Notes: a model not told the origin generated them from the letters alone. A stretch of 64,000 nucleotides of DNA from Parcubacteria group bacterium ADurb.Bin326 (GCA_002068915.1 MWBE01000017.1:3818-67817); one strand, 5' to 3'. Counted from the stretch's first letter, positions 9,481 through 18,680 are shown. Numbers and translations are program-made.

Positions 9481-10626
9481 TTATAATTCTTCGTAAAGAG
9501 AAATTATCCGTTTTATTAATTCTGACCAATCATAAAGCGCGGCCGCGCGACCTCTTCCGGCTTGGCCGAAACTATGGCAAAGGTCTTCATCTGACAATAA
9601 TTGAATTAGTTTATCCGACAAATCTCGAGCGTCTTTTGGTCGAACAAGAAGGCCTGTCTGACCATCAGCCAAAGTGCTTCTTACCCCGGGCCAATCAGAA
9701 ACTACTGCCGGCAAACCACAGGCCTGGGCTTCGGCCACTACGATGCCAAAACTTTCCGTACTCTCAGTAGAAGGTAAGACAAAAATATCTGCCAAACGAT
9801 AATAATCAGGCAAGACATCGTTATTAACCCAGCCCACAAAGCTCACTTTACTCTCTAAATTTAGAGATTTCGCTAATTCCTTAAATTTCAACTTGAGATT
9901 ACCATCGCCCACAACAAGCAATTTAGCTTCTGGATGTTTATTAGAGACGGTCGCAAAAGATTCTAATAGAACTGGAACCCCCTTAAAAAAATGTTGATCA
10001 TCCAATCCGCCAACAAAAATTATTATCTTATCATGAACACTAAAATTGTTCACTACTAGTAAGTCTTCTTTTTTGTCGCTGGGACTAAAAAAATCCGCCT
10101 CGATTCCATTGGAAATTTCCAAAAACTTATCCGGTTGTTTTTCGAAAAAATCAGCCAGGTAGGAGCCCTTGCAATGATCAAATGACAATACCCCCACCCT
10201 ATCAGAGACATTAATCATCGCACCGAGAAACAGCTTGATGTGCAACCAAAAAAATATTTTCATTATCCCCTGTCCAATAGGATCCATTTCATAATGCAAT
10301 ACTAGTTTTTTTTGCGGATTAATTTTCTTAAATAACCAAATAATAAAATCGCTGCCAAAAAAAGGATAATAGAGATGGATAATGTCGAATCGCTTCAATT
10401 CTTTTAGAAGACCAAACATAAATCCCGCCTTGCCTAAAGGCAAGACTGTTTTAAGGTAATTAACCGGCAATTCTGAAACTTCTTTCTTTTGTCCATAATC
10501 AGGAGTAAAGGCTTCTGCCGTAACTCCGGATTTAATCAACCATTTGAGATGATAATAAGCGTTATTGCCTATTCCTCCGCCCATGGGCGGCCAAGCGCAA
10601 ACCACTATTGCAACTCTCTTTTCCAT
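9481..10626 (-). CDS. glycosyltransferase family 4
   Basis: 381-aa ORF with a GT4 C-terminal domain (STESFGIVVAEAQACGLPAVVSD). Confidence 0.8.
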   Translation of the reverse strand: MEKRVAIVVCAWPPMGGGIGNNAYYHLKWLIKSGVTAEAFTPDYGQKKEVSELPVNYLKTVLPLGKAGFMFGLLKELKRFDIIHLYYPFFGSDFIIWLFKKINPQKKLVLHYEMDPIGQGIMKIFFWLHIKLFLGAMINVSDRVGVLSFDHCKGSYLADFFEKQPDKFLEISNGIEADFFSPSDKKEDLLVVNNFSVHDKIIIFVGGLDDQHFFKGVPVLLESFATVSNKHPEAKLLVVGDGNLKLKFKELAKSLNLESKVSFVGWVNNDVLPDYYRLADIFVLPSTESTESFGIVVAEAQACGLPAVVSDWPGVRSTLADGQTGLLVRPKDARDLSDKLIQLLSDEDLCHSFGQAGRGRAAALYDWSELIKRIISLYEEL

Positions 10627-10697
10627 AATTTACTTTTTAATAAGAAAATGGTTATAATACTTAGGTAATTCTACAATTTTAAAGCCTTTTAGTCAAA

Positions 10698-11813
10698 ATG
10701 CCAAACTTAACCATCAAAATATCAAAAGAAGCTATCGCACACAACCTGCAGGCATTCAAAAAAGAAATTCCTGAAGCTTGCCTAATGGCTCCAGCTGTCA
10801 AGGCTAATGCTTATGGGCACGGTTTGATTGAGGTTGCTCGCCTAATGGAAAAATCTGGCGCCAACTGGCTATGCGTAACGTCGACGGATGAGGCGTTAAA
10901 ATTAAGATTGGCCGATATCGCCCTTCCTCTTTTAATAATCGGTCCAGTACTTCCGGAAAACGCTTCCGACGCAATTAAATCTAATAGTCGCATTTTTTTA
11001 TATTCGATAGAAGCAGCTAAAGCCCTAGACCAAGTCGCTAAAATAAAAAATCAAAAAGTTTATGTCCATCTAAAACTAGATACTGGCATGGGGCGCCAAG
11101 GCATACCTTGCGACCAAGTTTTGGAATTCCTTCAAGACTTATCCGGCTTAAATAATCTAATAATTGAAGGAGTGGCCACTCATTTCGCTACCGCTGACGA
11201 AGATAAGGATAACGGACATTTCCTGATGCAACTAGAAAAATTCAAAAAAACAGCAGAACAAGTCGAGGAAATTTTGGGACGCAAGCTTATCAAACATTGC
11301 GCCAATAGCGCGACCGCAATGCTTTACCCACAATGTCATATGGATATGTGTCGAATCGGCATCGCTGCTTATGGTTGCTATCCTAGCGATACCGTAAAAC
11401 AGCTTTGGGAAAAATCCCACTCACCACTAAAACCGGTAATGTCAGTATTCACAAAAGTAACTCAAATTAAGGAGCTTCCTGCTGACAGTTGTGTCAGCTA
11501 TGGCTGCACCTATCGCACAGAAAATAATGCTAAGCTTGCCACCATTCCCGTTGGCTATTTCGAAGGGTTACCGCGCTCGCTTTCTAATCAAGGATGCGTC
11601 TGGATCAAAAATAAAAAAGCTCCCATAGTGGGACGCGTTTGTATGGATATAACTGTTATAGATATCAGTGGGATAGACGACGTAAAAATTGGCGACGAGG
11701 TAGAAATTATTGGCAACAACATAAGCGCCGAAGACTTGGCTCAAGCAACACAAACCATTAATTATGAAATCTTAACCAATTGGAAAGAATCTCTACCTAG
11801 GCTTGTTTGTTAA
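10698..11813 (+). CDS. alr: alanine racemase (PLP-dependent)
   Basis: 371-aa ORF with the AVKANAYGHG PLP-lysine motif. Confidence 0.9.
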   Translation: MPNLTIKISKEAIAHNLQAFKKEIPEACLMAPAVKANAYGHGLIEVARLMEKSGANWLCVTSTDEALKLRLADIALPLLIIGPVLPENASDAIKSNSRIFLYSIEAAKALDQVAKIKNQKVYVHLKLDTGMGRQGIPCDQVLEFLQDLSGLNNLIIEGVATHFATADEDKDNGHFLMQLEKFKKTAEQVEEILGRKLIKHCANSATAMLYPQCHMDMCRIGIAAYGCYPSDTVKQLWEKSHSPLKPVMSVFTKVTQIKELPADSCVSYGCTYRTENNAKLATIPVGYFEGLPRSLSNQGCVWIKNKKAPIVGRVCMDITVIDISGIDDVKIGDEVEIIGNNISAEDLAQATQTINYEILTNWKESLPRLVC

Positions 11814-11816
11814 AAT

Positions 11817-12515
11817 TTAAAAAAACTTTTTTATCGATCTTAAGGGGTTGGCAAACATCAAGGACAAAAAATAAATAATCATGCCGATCCCTGACTGGGG
11901 CTGAGAAAAATTTTCAAACTTGCCTTGCCTTATCGCTTCAAAAACCGAGTCCACATCAAGACTAACACAATCAATTACGGCGTAACTACAATCCAAATAT
12001 TCTAACCGATGCAAATCCGCGGTCGCGATCAGCGGCTTTTTTATTTTCTTTGCCAAATCGGCAGTGGCAATATTAGGATTAACCTTTCTAGAATAGAACC
12101 AGCTATGCTCAATAGCATCAAATACTTCGGTATACTTTTTAACTAAACCCAAGCCAAGGGACTTAGTTTTATAATTAGGATGCGGAGCAATCACAAAGCA
12201 ATCCGGATGGCCTCGCTTGTAGGCAATTAAATTATTAATGTTTTTAATTCCTTCTGCCGACTGATCGCAATTAAGAATTAAACAGTGCCTACCCTTAATT
12301 TCCGCTTCGATGCCGGGAATTAGAAGTATTCCCCTTTCTTTAGCGTACTCACCATATTCTGGTTTGAACAAAAAAGTCTTATGGCCCGTAAGCGCTAGTA
12401 TTTTAAAATCCAAACGGACCACTTCATCAATCAAGTCATAAATTGAATACTTGATTATGCTTCCATCCTCAAAATCCTCCTTGGTATGTAAATGTAATGA
12501 TGCCTTGTATTTCAT
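11817..12515 (-). CDS. PHP domain-containing phosphoesterase
   Basis: 232-aa ORF with an N-terminal LHLHTKEDFEDGS (H-x-H ... D) PHP motif. Confidence 0.6.
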   Translation of the reverse strand: MKYKASLHLHTKEDFEDGSIIKYSIYDLIDEVVRLDFKILALTGHKTFLFKPEYGEYAKERGILLIPGIEAEIKGRHCLILNCDQSAEGIKNINNLIAYKRGHPDCFVIAPHPNYKTKSLGLGLVKKYTEVFDAIEHSWFYSRKVNPNIATADLAKKIKKPLIATADLHRLEYLDCSYAVIDCVSLDVDSVFEAIRQGKFENFSQPQSGIGMIIYFLSLMFANPLRSIKKFF

Positions 12516-12517
12516 AA

Positions 12518-13219
12518 TTATTTTTTCAAATATTTAATTCGCCAATCAGGCGGCAATTTTTCAATCGCGTAGCGCAACATAGTACGAGGCATTTTACTTT
12601 TATGCTCATCCAAAAAATCAGTCAAAATTTTAGTGCCACAATTTTTACCAACTTCTCGCAACATCCAGCCCGCTGCTTTATGGATTAAGTCGTGCCTGTC
12701 ATTTAAAAGGATTTCAGCCAGTCTTAGCGTATCCTTGCAATCCCCTCGCCTAATAAAATAAAAGGTGGAAATGATAGAAATACGACGCTGCCACAAATTA
12801 TCCGACTTAACTAAATCAAATAAAATCTTTCGGTCCTTATCAAAAAGCCAAGCGCCGACAATATTGGGAGCAGTCACATCAACCAAGTCCCAGTTATTAA
12901 TTTGCTTACTATGCTTAATATAAAAATCATAAATCTTACCCCTCTCTTCAGGTGATGTTTTATGATATTTGTAAGTCAAAATTAGCAACGCAGTTAAACG
13001 TTCCTCGTGATATTTACTGTGAAGCAGTTCCTGTATTTCCGGCAACGGCAATTCGACGTAGTGCTTAGCAATAAGTCTTTGTTGTGGCACCACTACACCG
13101 AGAAATTTATCTCCCGCACCATACTCGCCTTTGCCAGTCTTAAAAAACCGACTTAATATTTCGGCTTTTTCTGGATTAGCAACCGCTCTCAATTCTTTCT
13201 TGATATTGCTTACTGACAT
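12518..13219 (-). CDS. DNA alkylation repair protein (AlkD/AlkC-like HEAT-repeat glycosylase family)
   Basis: Matches the DNA_alkylation family start (RFFKTGKGEYGAGDKFLGVVVPQQR). The ORF track extends to 13249; the internal Met at 13219 (MSVSNIKKEL) avoids overlap with the next gene. Confidence 0.7.
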   Translation of the reverse strand: MSVSNIKKELRAVANPEKAEILSRFFKTGKGEYGAGDKFLGVVVPQQRLIAKHYVELPLPEIQELLHSKYHEERLTALLILTYKYHKTSPEERGKIYDFYIKHSKQINNWDLVDVTAPNIVGAWLFDKDRKILFDLVKSDNLWQRRISIISTFYFIRRGDCKDTLRLAEILLNDRHDLIHKAAGWMLREVGKNCGTKILTDFLDEHKSKMPRTMLRYAIEKLPPDWRIKYLKK

Positions 13220-13221
13220 AA

Positions 13222-13749
13222 TTAAATTTTTCGGCTGTCGTAAGCCCAATGCAGTAATGCTTGGCGCTGTTTGCGCGAGCAGGATAAGTCCTTGGGCGCA
13301 CAGCGGTGTTTGAGTTGCGCAATATGCCGCTTCATCATCTTCCAGCGCTTGATTTGTCGCCCGTCTTCTTCCGGCATCCGCCTACCCAGATAATACCGGC
13401 AATACCACTGAAACCAGCCGCGCGGATCTTCTGGTTTAATCCAACCATTTTTACGCCACACCGCTAATGACTGGCTAGCATCAACACCGAAATAGTTTAA
13501 TTTGGGACTATGGCCCGGGGTTTTCAAGGGGTGTAATTTTGCTTTTTTAAACCAAGCAACGGGAAACTCCTTACGACAATCGCGCAAATACCTGCCGCCA
13601 AATACCCCCAATTCCAACATCTCTTGAGGGGTTAGTTTCGGCTTGAATTCCGGATCAAAATCCTTACCCGTTGGCTCACTCAAATAATAACGATAACCGC
13701 GCTGCATTTTATCGTTAACAACTATCAGTTTTTTCTTTGCTAATGGCAT
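13222..13749 (-). CDS. hypothetical protein with a conserved-looking W/Y/R-rich motif (GWFQWYCRYYLGRR)
   Basis: 175-aa ORF. Composition is somewhat GC-shifted relative to its neighbours. No family confidently recognised. Confidence 0.45.
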   Translation of the reverse strand: MPLAKKKLIVVNDKMQRGYRYYLSEPTGKDFDPEFKPKLTPQEMLELGVFGGRYLRDCRKEFPVAWFKKAKLHPLKTPGHSPKLNYFGVDASQSLAVWRKNGWIKPEDPRGWFQWYCRYYLGRRMPEEDGRQIKRWKMMKRHIAQLKHRCAPKDLSCSRKQRQALLHWAYDSRKI

Positions 13750-13803
13750 ATGTTTATAGAATAATTATAACAAAAAACAATTAAATCTTAAATAAATTAA
13801 GCG

Positions 13804-13832
13804 TTGACAATTTATCAAATTTATACTAATCT
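13804..13832 (+). promoter_or_regulatory. candidate promoter (TTGACA ... TATACT/TAATCT, suboptimal spacing) for the GC-rich zinc-ribbon gene, followed by a strong SD AAGGAGG
   Basis: TTGACA at 13804-13809. Possible -10 hexamers at 13823-13828 or 13827-13832. AAGGAGG lies 8 nt before the ATG at 13887. Confidence 0.35.
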
Positions 13833-13886
13833 ATTTTAGATAGTCAGTTGTCCTTTCCATAAACATCAACTAAGGAGGATTGTGTC

Positions 13887-14366
13887 ATGAGAGCGACTCG
13901 AAACAACTCGGGTGAAGCCAAGGAAGTAAAAGAGGCCAGAAAGCGTCTACACCAGATGCGCGGTACTGGCTTTGTTCTGACCCCAGACGCCGCCAAGCTG
14001 ATTATGACGGCCGGAGGCCCGACCTTTAGAACAGTTAGTGGCGGCTATCGTTGCAACCAGACCGGAGAGAAGGTGGGGCGAGGCAGCACCGAGAACTACC
14101 GCCAACGAGTGTACGGACTGGCGGCTCCGCCCAAGCCGGTCGTAGTCCAAACGAACGCTTCGGCCAGCTCTTCTAGGAGAACGGTCCAATCGCACATTCC
14201 GGAAATTGACATCACCAGCCCTGACGTCTTTATACGTTGTCCAAACCCGCTCTGTGAAGTTGGGATCGGCTATGCCAATCTCATGCTCGAAGGTATCGGG
14301 GTCTGTCCGAGGTGCAACAAGCAGTTTCGAAAAATCCGACACCCGCAATCAGTGAAAAGGACGTAA
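13887..14366 (+). CDS. hypothetical GC-rich protein with a C-terminal Cys4 zinc ribbon (CPNPLC...CPRC)
   Basis: 159-aa ORF with SD AAGGAGG. Visibly higher GC than flanking genes. The in-frame sequence after the TAA stop (14367-14492) encodes a second CPHC...CQFC zinc ribbon. Confidence 0.55.
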   Translation: MRATRNNSGEAKEVKEARKRLHQMRGTGFVLTPDAAKLIMTAGGPTFRTVSGGYRCNQTGEKVGRGSTENYRQRVYGLAAPPKPVVVQTNASASSSRRTVQSHIPEIDITSPDVFIRCPNPLCEVGIGYANLMLEGIGVCPRCNKQFRKIRHPQSVKRT

Positions 14367-14520
14367 CCCAGTCCAACCGGAAACATCAACTGCCCGCACT
14401 GCTATGAACGAATCGCCCACATTGTTAATTTTTCTGATTTTTACTCGACGATTGAGTGTCAATTCTGCCACCGCAAGCTGATCGTCGAGTAGGATACACC
14501 CTGTCCTCCCGACTACACAT

Positions 14521-14562
14521 CCGCCGGCGCGCCACCTAGGCTCGCCGGCTTCTTTTTTTTAT
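14521..14562 (+). terminator. intrinsic terminator (GCCGGCG ... CGCCGGC + T9) ending the GC-rich cassette
   Basis: GC-rich inverted repeat followed by ttcttttttttt. Confidence 0.6.
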
Positions 14563-14582
14563 TAGATTCTTTAACATAAAAA

Positions 14583-14612
14583 CAAAAGAGCGATTACTAA
14601 TCGCTCTTTTGT
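14583..14612 (-). terminator. intrinsic terminator downstream of the tRNA-Asn 3-prime exon (minus strand)
   Basis: AGAGCGATTA-g-TAATCGCTCT hairpin followed by a U-run on the minus strand. Confidence 0.55.
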
Positions 14613-14670
14613 TAATTAAAAAATCACCAAAGCTCCGCGAACTGGATTCGAACCAGTAACCTACCGGTTA

Positions 14671-15218
14671 CACTTATCTCTGACTTTCATCAAAGGGTGG
14701 ACTATATCATTACCTTTTCCAGTCTATTGGATTAAGGTATCAGGCGCTTCGGCCCGCCTTTAACGGCGGAACTACTCCCCAAAGGGATAGTCTCTGAACC
14801 TTCCCCTGAAAGGGGCTTGGCTGCGGATTACCATATCCTTGCGGACTTAGGCTTCCCGCAATTCACCTGATTATCATTCCAAAATTTCTTTCGGAAGCTG
14901 CGTGGAGCCGGAATGTAATTCTCTATGACAATTAGCACATACTAACAAGCATTTATTAATCTCTTGAATGACTTTATCCCAAGATCTTGAAATCCTTTTG
15001 AGGAGACGCCAAAATCTTTTTTATTGCCATCCAAATGATGGAATTCTAATGCTTGCACGCATTTACTGTAGCCACAGATTTCACACTTGCCGCCTTTATA
15101 TTCCAAGGCCTTATCCCTTACGGCTTTACGCCTCTTGGACACTGCCTCAATCAAATATTTACGACGGTCGGCATATTTTCTATTATCTTTAGTCATAACT
15201 TTTGATAACAGACGGTTC
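14671..15218 (-). mobile_element. group I self-splicing intron (~548 nt) in the tRNA-Asn anticodon loop, carrying an HNH endonuclease ORF
   Basis: On the minus strand the classic core elements are read directly: P AATTGCGGGAAG (14852-14863), Q AATCCGCAGCC (14819-14829), R GTTCAGAGACTA (14788-14799), S GATATAGTCC (14699-14708). P3 ATCAGG/CCTGAT. Candidate IGS GCAGC pairs with exon GCUGU with a terminal U-G. Omega-G at 14671. Confidence 0.8.
14942..15196 (-). CDS. intron-encoded HNH-family homing endonuclease (CEICGY ... EFHHLDGNKKD)
   Basis: The ORF track shows 14942..15238, but its first 7 codons lie in the tRNA 5-prime exon. The likely start is the internal Met at 15196 (MTKDNRKY...). C-x2-C plus HH..N HNH motif. 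Confidence 0.55.
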   Translation of the reverse strand: MTKDNRKYADRRKYLIEAVSKRRKAVRDKALEYKGGKCEICGYSKCVQALEFHHLDGNKKDFGVSSKGFQDLGIKSFKRLINAC

Positions 15219-15338
15219 ACAGCCGGTTGCTCTACCATTGAGCTATCGCGGAACTCTAGTGATTTTTATGTACTTTAATGACGTTAAATATCTTAACAAA
15301 TTTTTCTGGCTAAGTCAAGCCAAATTTTCTGTGGAAAA

Positions 15339-16652
15339 TTAGTAATCTCTCAATTTCTCGATACCCTTAATCTTCTCAATTTTCTCCAGAGCCTTAGCCT
15401 CAATTTGACGGATGCGCTCGCGAGTGACATCGAATTCTTTGCCCACTTCTTCCAGGGTATGAGCTACGCCATCCTTCAAGCCAAAGCGCATCTCCAAGAC
15501 CTTCTGTTCGCGCGGCGTCAATTCGGAAATGACCTGCTTCACGTAATCTTTTAAAATTTGTAAGGCGGCGACACGATCCGGAGTGACTGTTTTCTGGTCT
15601 TCAATAAAATCCTCTAACACGCTGTCTTCGCTATCATCGCCAACTGGAGTGCCAAGTGAGATAGTCTCTTGAGAAATCTTGATAATATGATTAATTTTAT
15701 CTAACTCTTCTCCCATTTCAGCGGCAATTTCCTCCGGCATTGGTTCGCGTCCCAAATCTTGCACTAGACGACGCTCAACTTGCTGAAAACGATTGATGTT
15801 TTCCACCATGTGCACCGGAATGCGAATGGTACGAGATTGATCGGCAAGCGATCTGGTAATCGCCTGCCTAATCCACCAGGTAGCATAAGTAGAAAACTTA
15901 TACCCCTTATGATAATCAAACTTATCAACGGCGCGGAACAATCCAATATTGCCTTCCTGGATCAAATCAAGTAACGATAAGTTCTTACCAGTAAATCTCT
16001 TAGCAATGGAAACCACTAAACGCAAATTGGCTTTAATTAATTTTTGCTTTGCTTCAACATCTCCACGCTCAATTCTTTTAGCCAAAGAAATTTCTTCATC
16101 AGAATTAAGCAATGGCACCTTGCCAATCTCGCGCAAATACATTTGAATTGAGTCGGCAGAAATATCCCCCAGATCAATGCGGTCGCTTAAGGTAATTTTT
16201 GGGCTTTTTTTGCCAGGCTCTGCCGGCGCTACAGAATTGGAAGAAGCCATAAAATTACCACCCAACAGAGATGGCGGTTCAGCTATCCTGACACTGGCAA
16301 TATCCAGAGAATCCAAAAAATCTTCGTATTTTTCCAGATTTTCCTCAACTTCGGGAAACATCAAAGAAATCTCTTGCTCAGTAACAAAAGACCTGAGCTT
16401 TCCTTTTTTAAGAAGGGATTGGATCTCTTCTTCAGAAGGAATAATTATTTGCCTTGGCTCCGGCTTTTCCTTGTGCGATTTCTTAATAATTGCCTTCTTA
16501 ATCGGCTTAGCAACCCTCTTTACTGCCGGCTTTTTAGTCGCCTTAGGCTTAGGCTTAATTTTCGAGATGATTTTCTTAACTAACTTGGCAGATTTTTTTG
16601 GCGCAGTTTTCTTAGTCGACTTAGCGGCCGGCTTTTTATTATTTTTTTTCAT
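15339..16652 (-). CDS. rpoD: RNA polymerase sigma factor RpoD (sigma-70), Lys-rich N-terminus
   Basis: 437-aa ORF with regions 1.2/2/3/4 ([40 protein letters not shown]-terminal [24 protein letters not shown]). Confidence 0.95.
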   Translation of the reverse strand: MKKNNKKPAAKSTKKTAPKKSAKLVKKIISKIKPKPKATKKPAVKRVAKPIKKAIIKKSHKEKPEPRQIIIPSEEEIQSLLKKGKLRSFVTEQEISLMFPEVEENLEKYEDFLDSLDIASVRIAEPPSLLGGNFMASSNSVAPAEPGKKSPKITLSDRIDLGDISADSIQMYLREIGKVPLLNSDEEISLAKRIERGDVEAKQKLIKANLRLVVSIAKRFTGKNLSLLDLIQEGNIGLFRAVDKFDYHKGYKFSTYATWWIRQAITRSLADQSRTIRIPVHMVENINRFQQVERRLVQDLGREPMPEEIAAEMGEELDKINHIIKISQETISLGTPVGDDSEDSVLEDFIEDQKTVTPDRVAALQILKDYVKQVISELTPREQKVLEMRFGLKDGVAHTLEEVGKEFDVTRERIRQIEAKALEKIEKIKGIEKLRDY

Positions 16653-16710
16653 CGTACCTTTTGAGAATTAAATTACGCCGGCAAGAGGCAGTGCCTTGTC
16701 GCCAGCTGGT

Positions 16711-18654
16711 TTAGAGCTCTGATTTTTGCCTAATCAATTCGCTCAAAGAGATAGAAATTTTTTCTAAGGCGATCTTGTCGCCAATTTTCTCCGCCTGCCT
16801 TAGTTCATTATTCAGACGGGAAATCATCGAGCTTAAATAATTGCTTTTAAGCAATTTAAGTATGGTTTCTATTTCATTTTTGGCTTCTCTGGCGTCTAAG
16901 GAGGCAAAATCCTTTTGTGCCAGAAGATACGACTGCTCCAAAAATTGTTCGGCCCCGTCGGAGACGGCTTGGGTTTTCAGCCAATCTGTAAAGGCTGAAA
17001 AAATATTTGTTTCCTCCCGTCCACGAGCGCCTAAGGCGAACAGTTCGTTATGCGTAGTATAAAATAAAATAAGACTTTTGTAAAGCTTTTGAGCCAACCC
17101 TTCGTTTAAATAGTCTGGCAGCAGTTCCTGACTCAATTTAGACAACAATTCAGGAAAACGCCAAATAATCGCTAAAATAGTTCTAAACTTCAATAAATCC
17201 GGGTCATTTATGGTTTTTTGAGGTTGCGCCGTTACTGCGGCCTCCTGGGGCCTTACAGGGGCCTTAAGACTGCCGACAACCCTTGAAACCAACTCTCGCA
17301 AAGCTTCTTCGCCCACCGCCAAACGATTGGCGATTTCCTTAATCCAGTAATTCTTCTCTATCGGATCATCTAATTGCGCAATCTTCTCACTGAGCAACTT
17401 GGCAACATTCTTTTTTATTTGCGGATCATTTAAATCTTGAGACGCTGAAAACATCCGCCAAAAATATTCCATTATCGGCAAGGCTTCGCTAATGGCCTGA
17501 CGCCAATCATCGGGATTGTTTTTGATGCACTCGTCAGGATCCTTGCCATTAGGAATTGAGATAATTTTCAAATTCAAATTTAAACTCAAGGCCGGATCAA
17601 TGAACTGCGACCGCTTACCATATCGATCCGTCCCCTCCACCAAACGCGAATCATTTTCCACGGATTTAATCAACTCCGAACCGCGCTCAGAAGCTTTTTG
17701 TCCGGCACTATCAGCGTCTAAGGCAAAATAAATATTATTGGTAAATCTTTTAAGTAACTGAATTTGCTCTCGCGTCAAAGCCGTACCGGATGAAGCCACA
17801 GTATTTTTAAATCCAAATTGATGGCAAGTAATAGCATCCATCTGTCCCTCAACCACTACTACGGTATCTAATTTGCGAATCTCGCTTTTAGCCCGGTACA
17901 GCCCAAAAACAATGGCGCTTTTATTATAAATATCCGTTTGCGGCGTGTTCACATATTTGGCCGGCTCTTCAGGATTGAGTGTCCTGCCAGTAAAACCGCA
18001 GGTTCTGCCGTTGTGATCAACTATCGGAAACATAACGCGATTACGGAAGCGGTCATAATAACCGTTGCCCCGATCTTTTTTGACGACAAAACCGGCAGCA
18101 AAGATCTCTTCTGCCTTAAACCCTCGCTTAATCAAAAAATCAAAAAGATTGCTCCAGTCATCAATAGCATAGCCCACATTAAAATCTTCAATCACCTCTT
18201 CACTGACGCCACGTCCAGCCAAATAACTCCTCGCCGACTCCGCTCGTGGCGATTCCAATAAGACCTTATGCCAGTAACGAGCGGTTAACTCGCACAAATC
18301 ATACAAACGATTTTTACGATCGTGAGCTTGCGGATTTTGCCGTGTCAAAATTACGCCGGCACGATCTGCCAGGATTTTCAGAGCTTCGGGAAAAGAAAGA
18401 TTTTCAATCTTCATCAAAAACTCGAAAATATCTCCGCCCGCCCCGCAACCAAAGCAATGCCAAGAACCCCGCTGAGGCGAAACCATCAATGAGGGTGTTT
18501 TTTCATTATGGAACGGACAAGCGGCTTTATAAGTGCCGGTGCCGGCCGGCTGCAACTTCAGGTAATCCCGAAGCAATTCATCCACATTAATCCGCACCTT
18601 GATTTCTTCTACTTCTTGTGAGGAGGACATATTTTTCTGCCAATATCTTAGCAT
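16711..18654 (-). CDS. dnaG: DNA primase
   Basis: 647-aa ORF with a zinc-binding CPFHNEKTPS...CFGCGAGG motif and TOPRIM EGQMD; directly upstream of rpoD. Confidence 0.95.
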   Translation of the reverse strand: MLRYWQKNMSSSQEVEEIKVRINVDELLRDYLKLQPAGTGTYKAACPFHNEKTPSLMVSPQRGSWHCFGCGAGGDIFEFLMKIENLSFPEALKILADRAGVILTRQNPQAHDRKNRLYDLCELTARYWHKVLLESPRAESARSYLAGRGVSEEVIEDFNVGYAIDDWSNLFDFLIKRGFKAEEIFAAGFVVKKDRGNGYYDRFRNRVMFPIVDHNGRTCGFTGRTLNPEEPAKYVNTPQTDIYNKSAIVFGLYRAKSEIRKLDTVVVVEGQMDAITCHQFGFKNTVASSGTALTREQIQLLKRFTNNIYFALDADSAGQKASERGSELIKSVENDSRLVEGTDRYGKRSQFIDPALSLNLNLKIISIPNGKDPDECIKNNPDDWRQAISEALPIMEYFWRMFSASQDLNDPQIKKNVAKLLSEKIAQLDDPIEKNYWIKEIANRLAVGEEALRELVSRVVGSLKAPVRPQEAAVTAQPQKTINDPDLLKFRTILAIIWRFPELLSKLSQELLPDYLNEGLAQKLYKSLILFYTTHNELFALGARGREETNIFSAFTDWLKTQAVSDGAEQFLEQSYLLAQKDFASLDAREAKNEIETILKLLKSNYLSSMISRLNNELRQAEKIGDKIALEKISISLSELIRQKSEL

Positions 18655-18680
18655 TTAAAGCCTAATTACGCCAGTTCAAC

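Larger units (their letters stand above)
14633..15252 (-). tRNA. tRNA-Asn (anticodon GUU) split by a group I intron between anticodon positions 35/36: 5-prime exon 15252..15219, 3-prime exon 14670..14633
   Basis: Hand-folded spliced product: UCCGCGA-UA-GCUC-AAUGGUA-GAGC-A-ACCGG-CUGUUAA-CCGGU-AGGUU-ACUGG-UUCGAAU-CCAGU-UCGCGGA-G. Perfect 7-bp acceptor, canonical D and T arms (T-loop GTTCGAATC), U1-A72, G73 discriminator and CUGUUAA loop, as in E. coli tRNA-Asn. The splice junction was chosen so the 5-prime exon ends in U and the intron ends in G. Confidence 0.7.

Noticed and set aside
14633-14910. tmRNA (ssrA) hypothesis for the minus-strand RNA ending in a T-arm plus acceptor-like 3-prime end
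   Set aside because: P/Q/R/S group I core elements occupy most of the region, leaving exons totalling only ~72 nt. The 5-prime tRNA half was found 548 nt upstream, giving a clean tRNA cloverleaf, and no tmRNA-like tag reading frame or pseudoknots fit.
14942-15238. Full 98-aa ORF call for the HNH protein starting at 15238
   Set aside because: Its first seven codons overlap the tRNA D-loop and anticodon stem of the 5-prime exon. An internal Met at 15196 is the more plausible intron-encoded start.
15219-15252. Reading the 5-prime exon loop CTGTGAA as an intact tRNA-His(GUG) anticodon loop
   Set aside because: The matching 3-prime anticodon stem (CCGGT) only occurs in the downstream exon. Splice-site rules (5-prime exon ending in U, intron ending in G) allow only the 33/34 or 35/36 junctions. 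U1-A72, G73 and loop CUGUUAA fit tRNA-Asn, and there is no G-1/C73 His identity.
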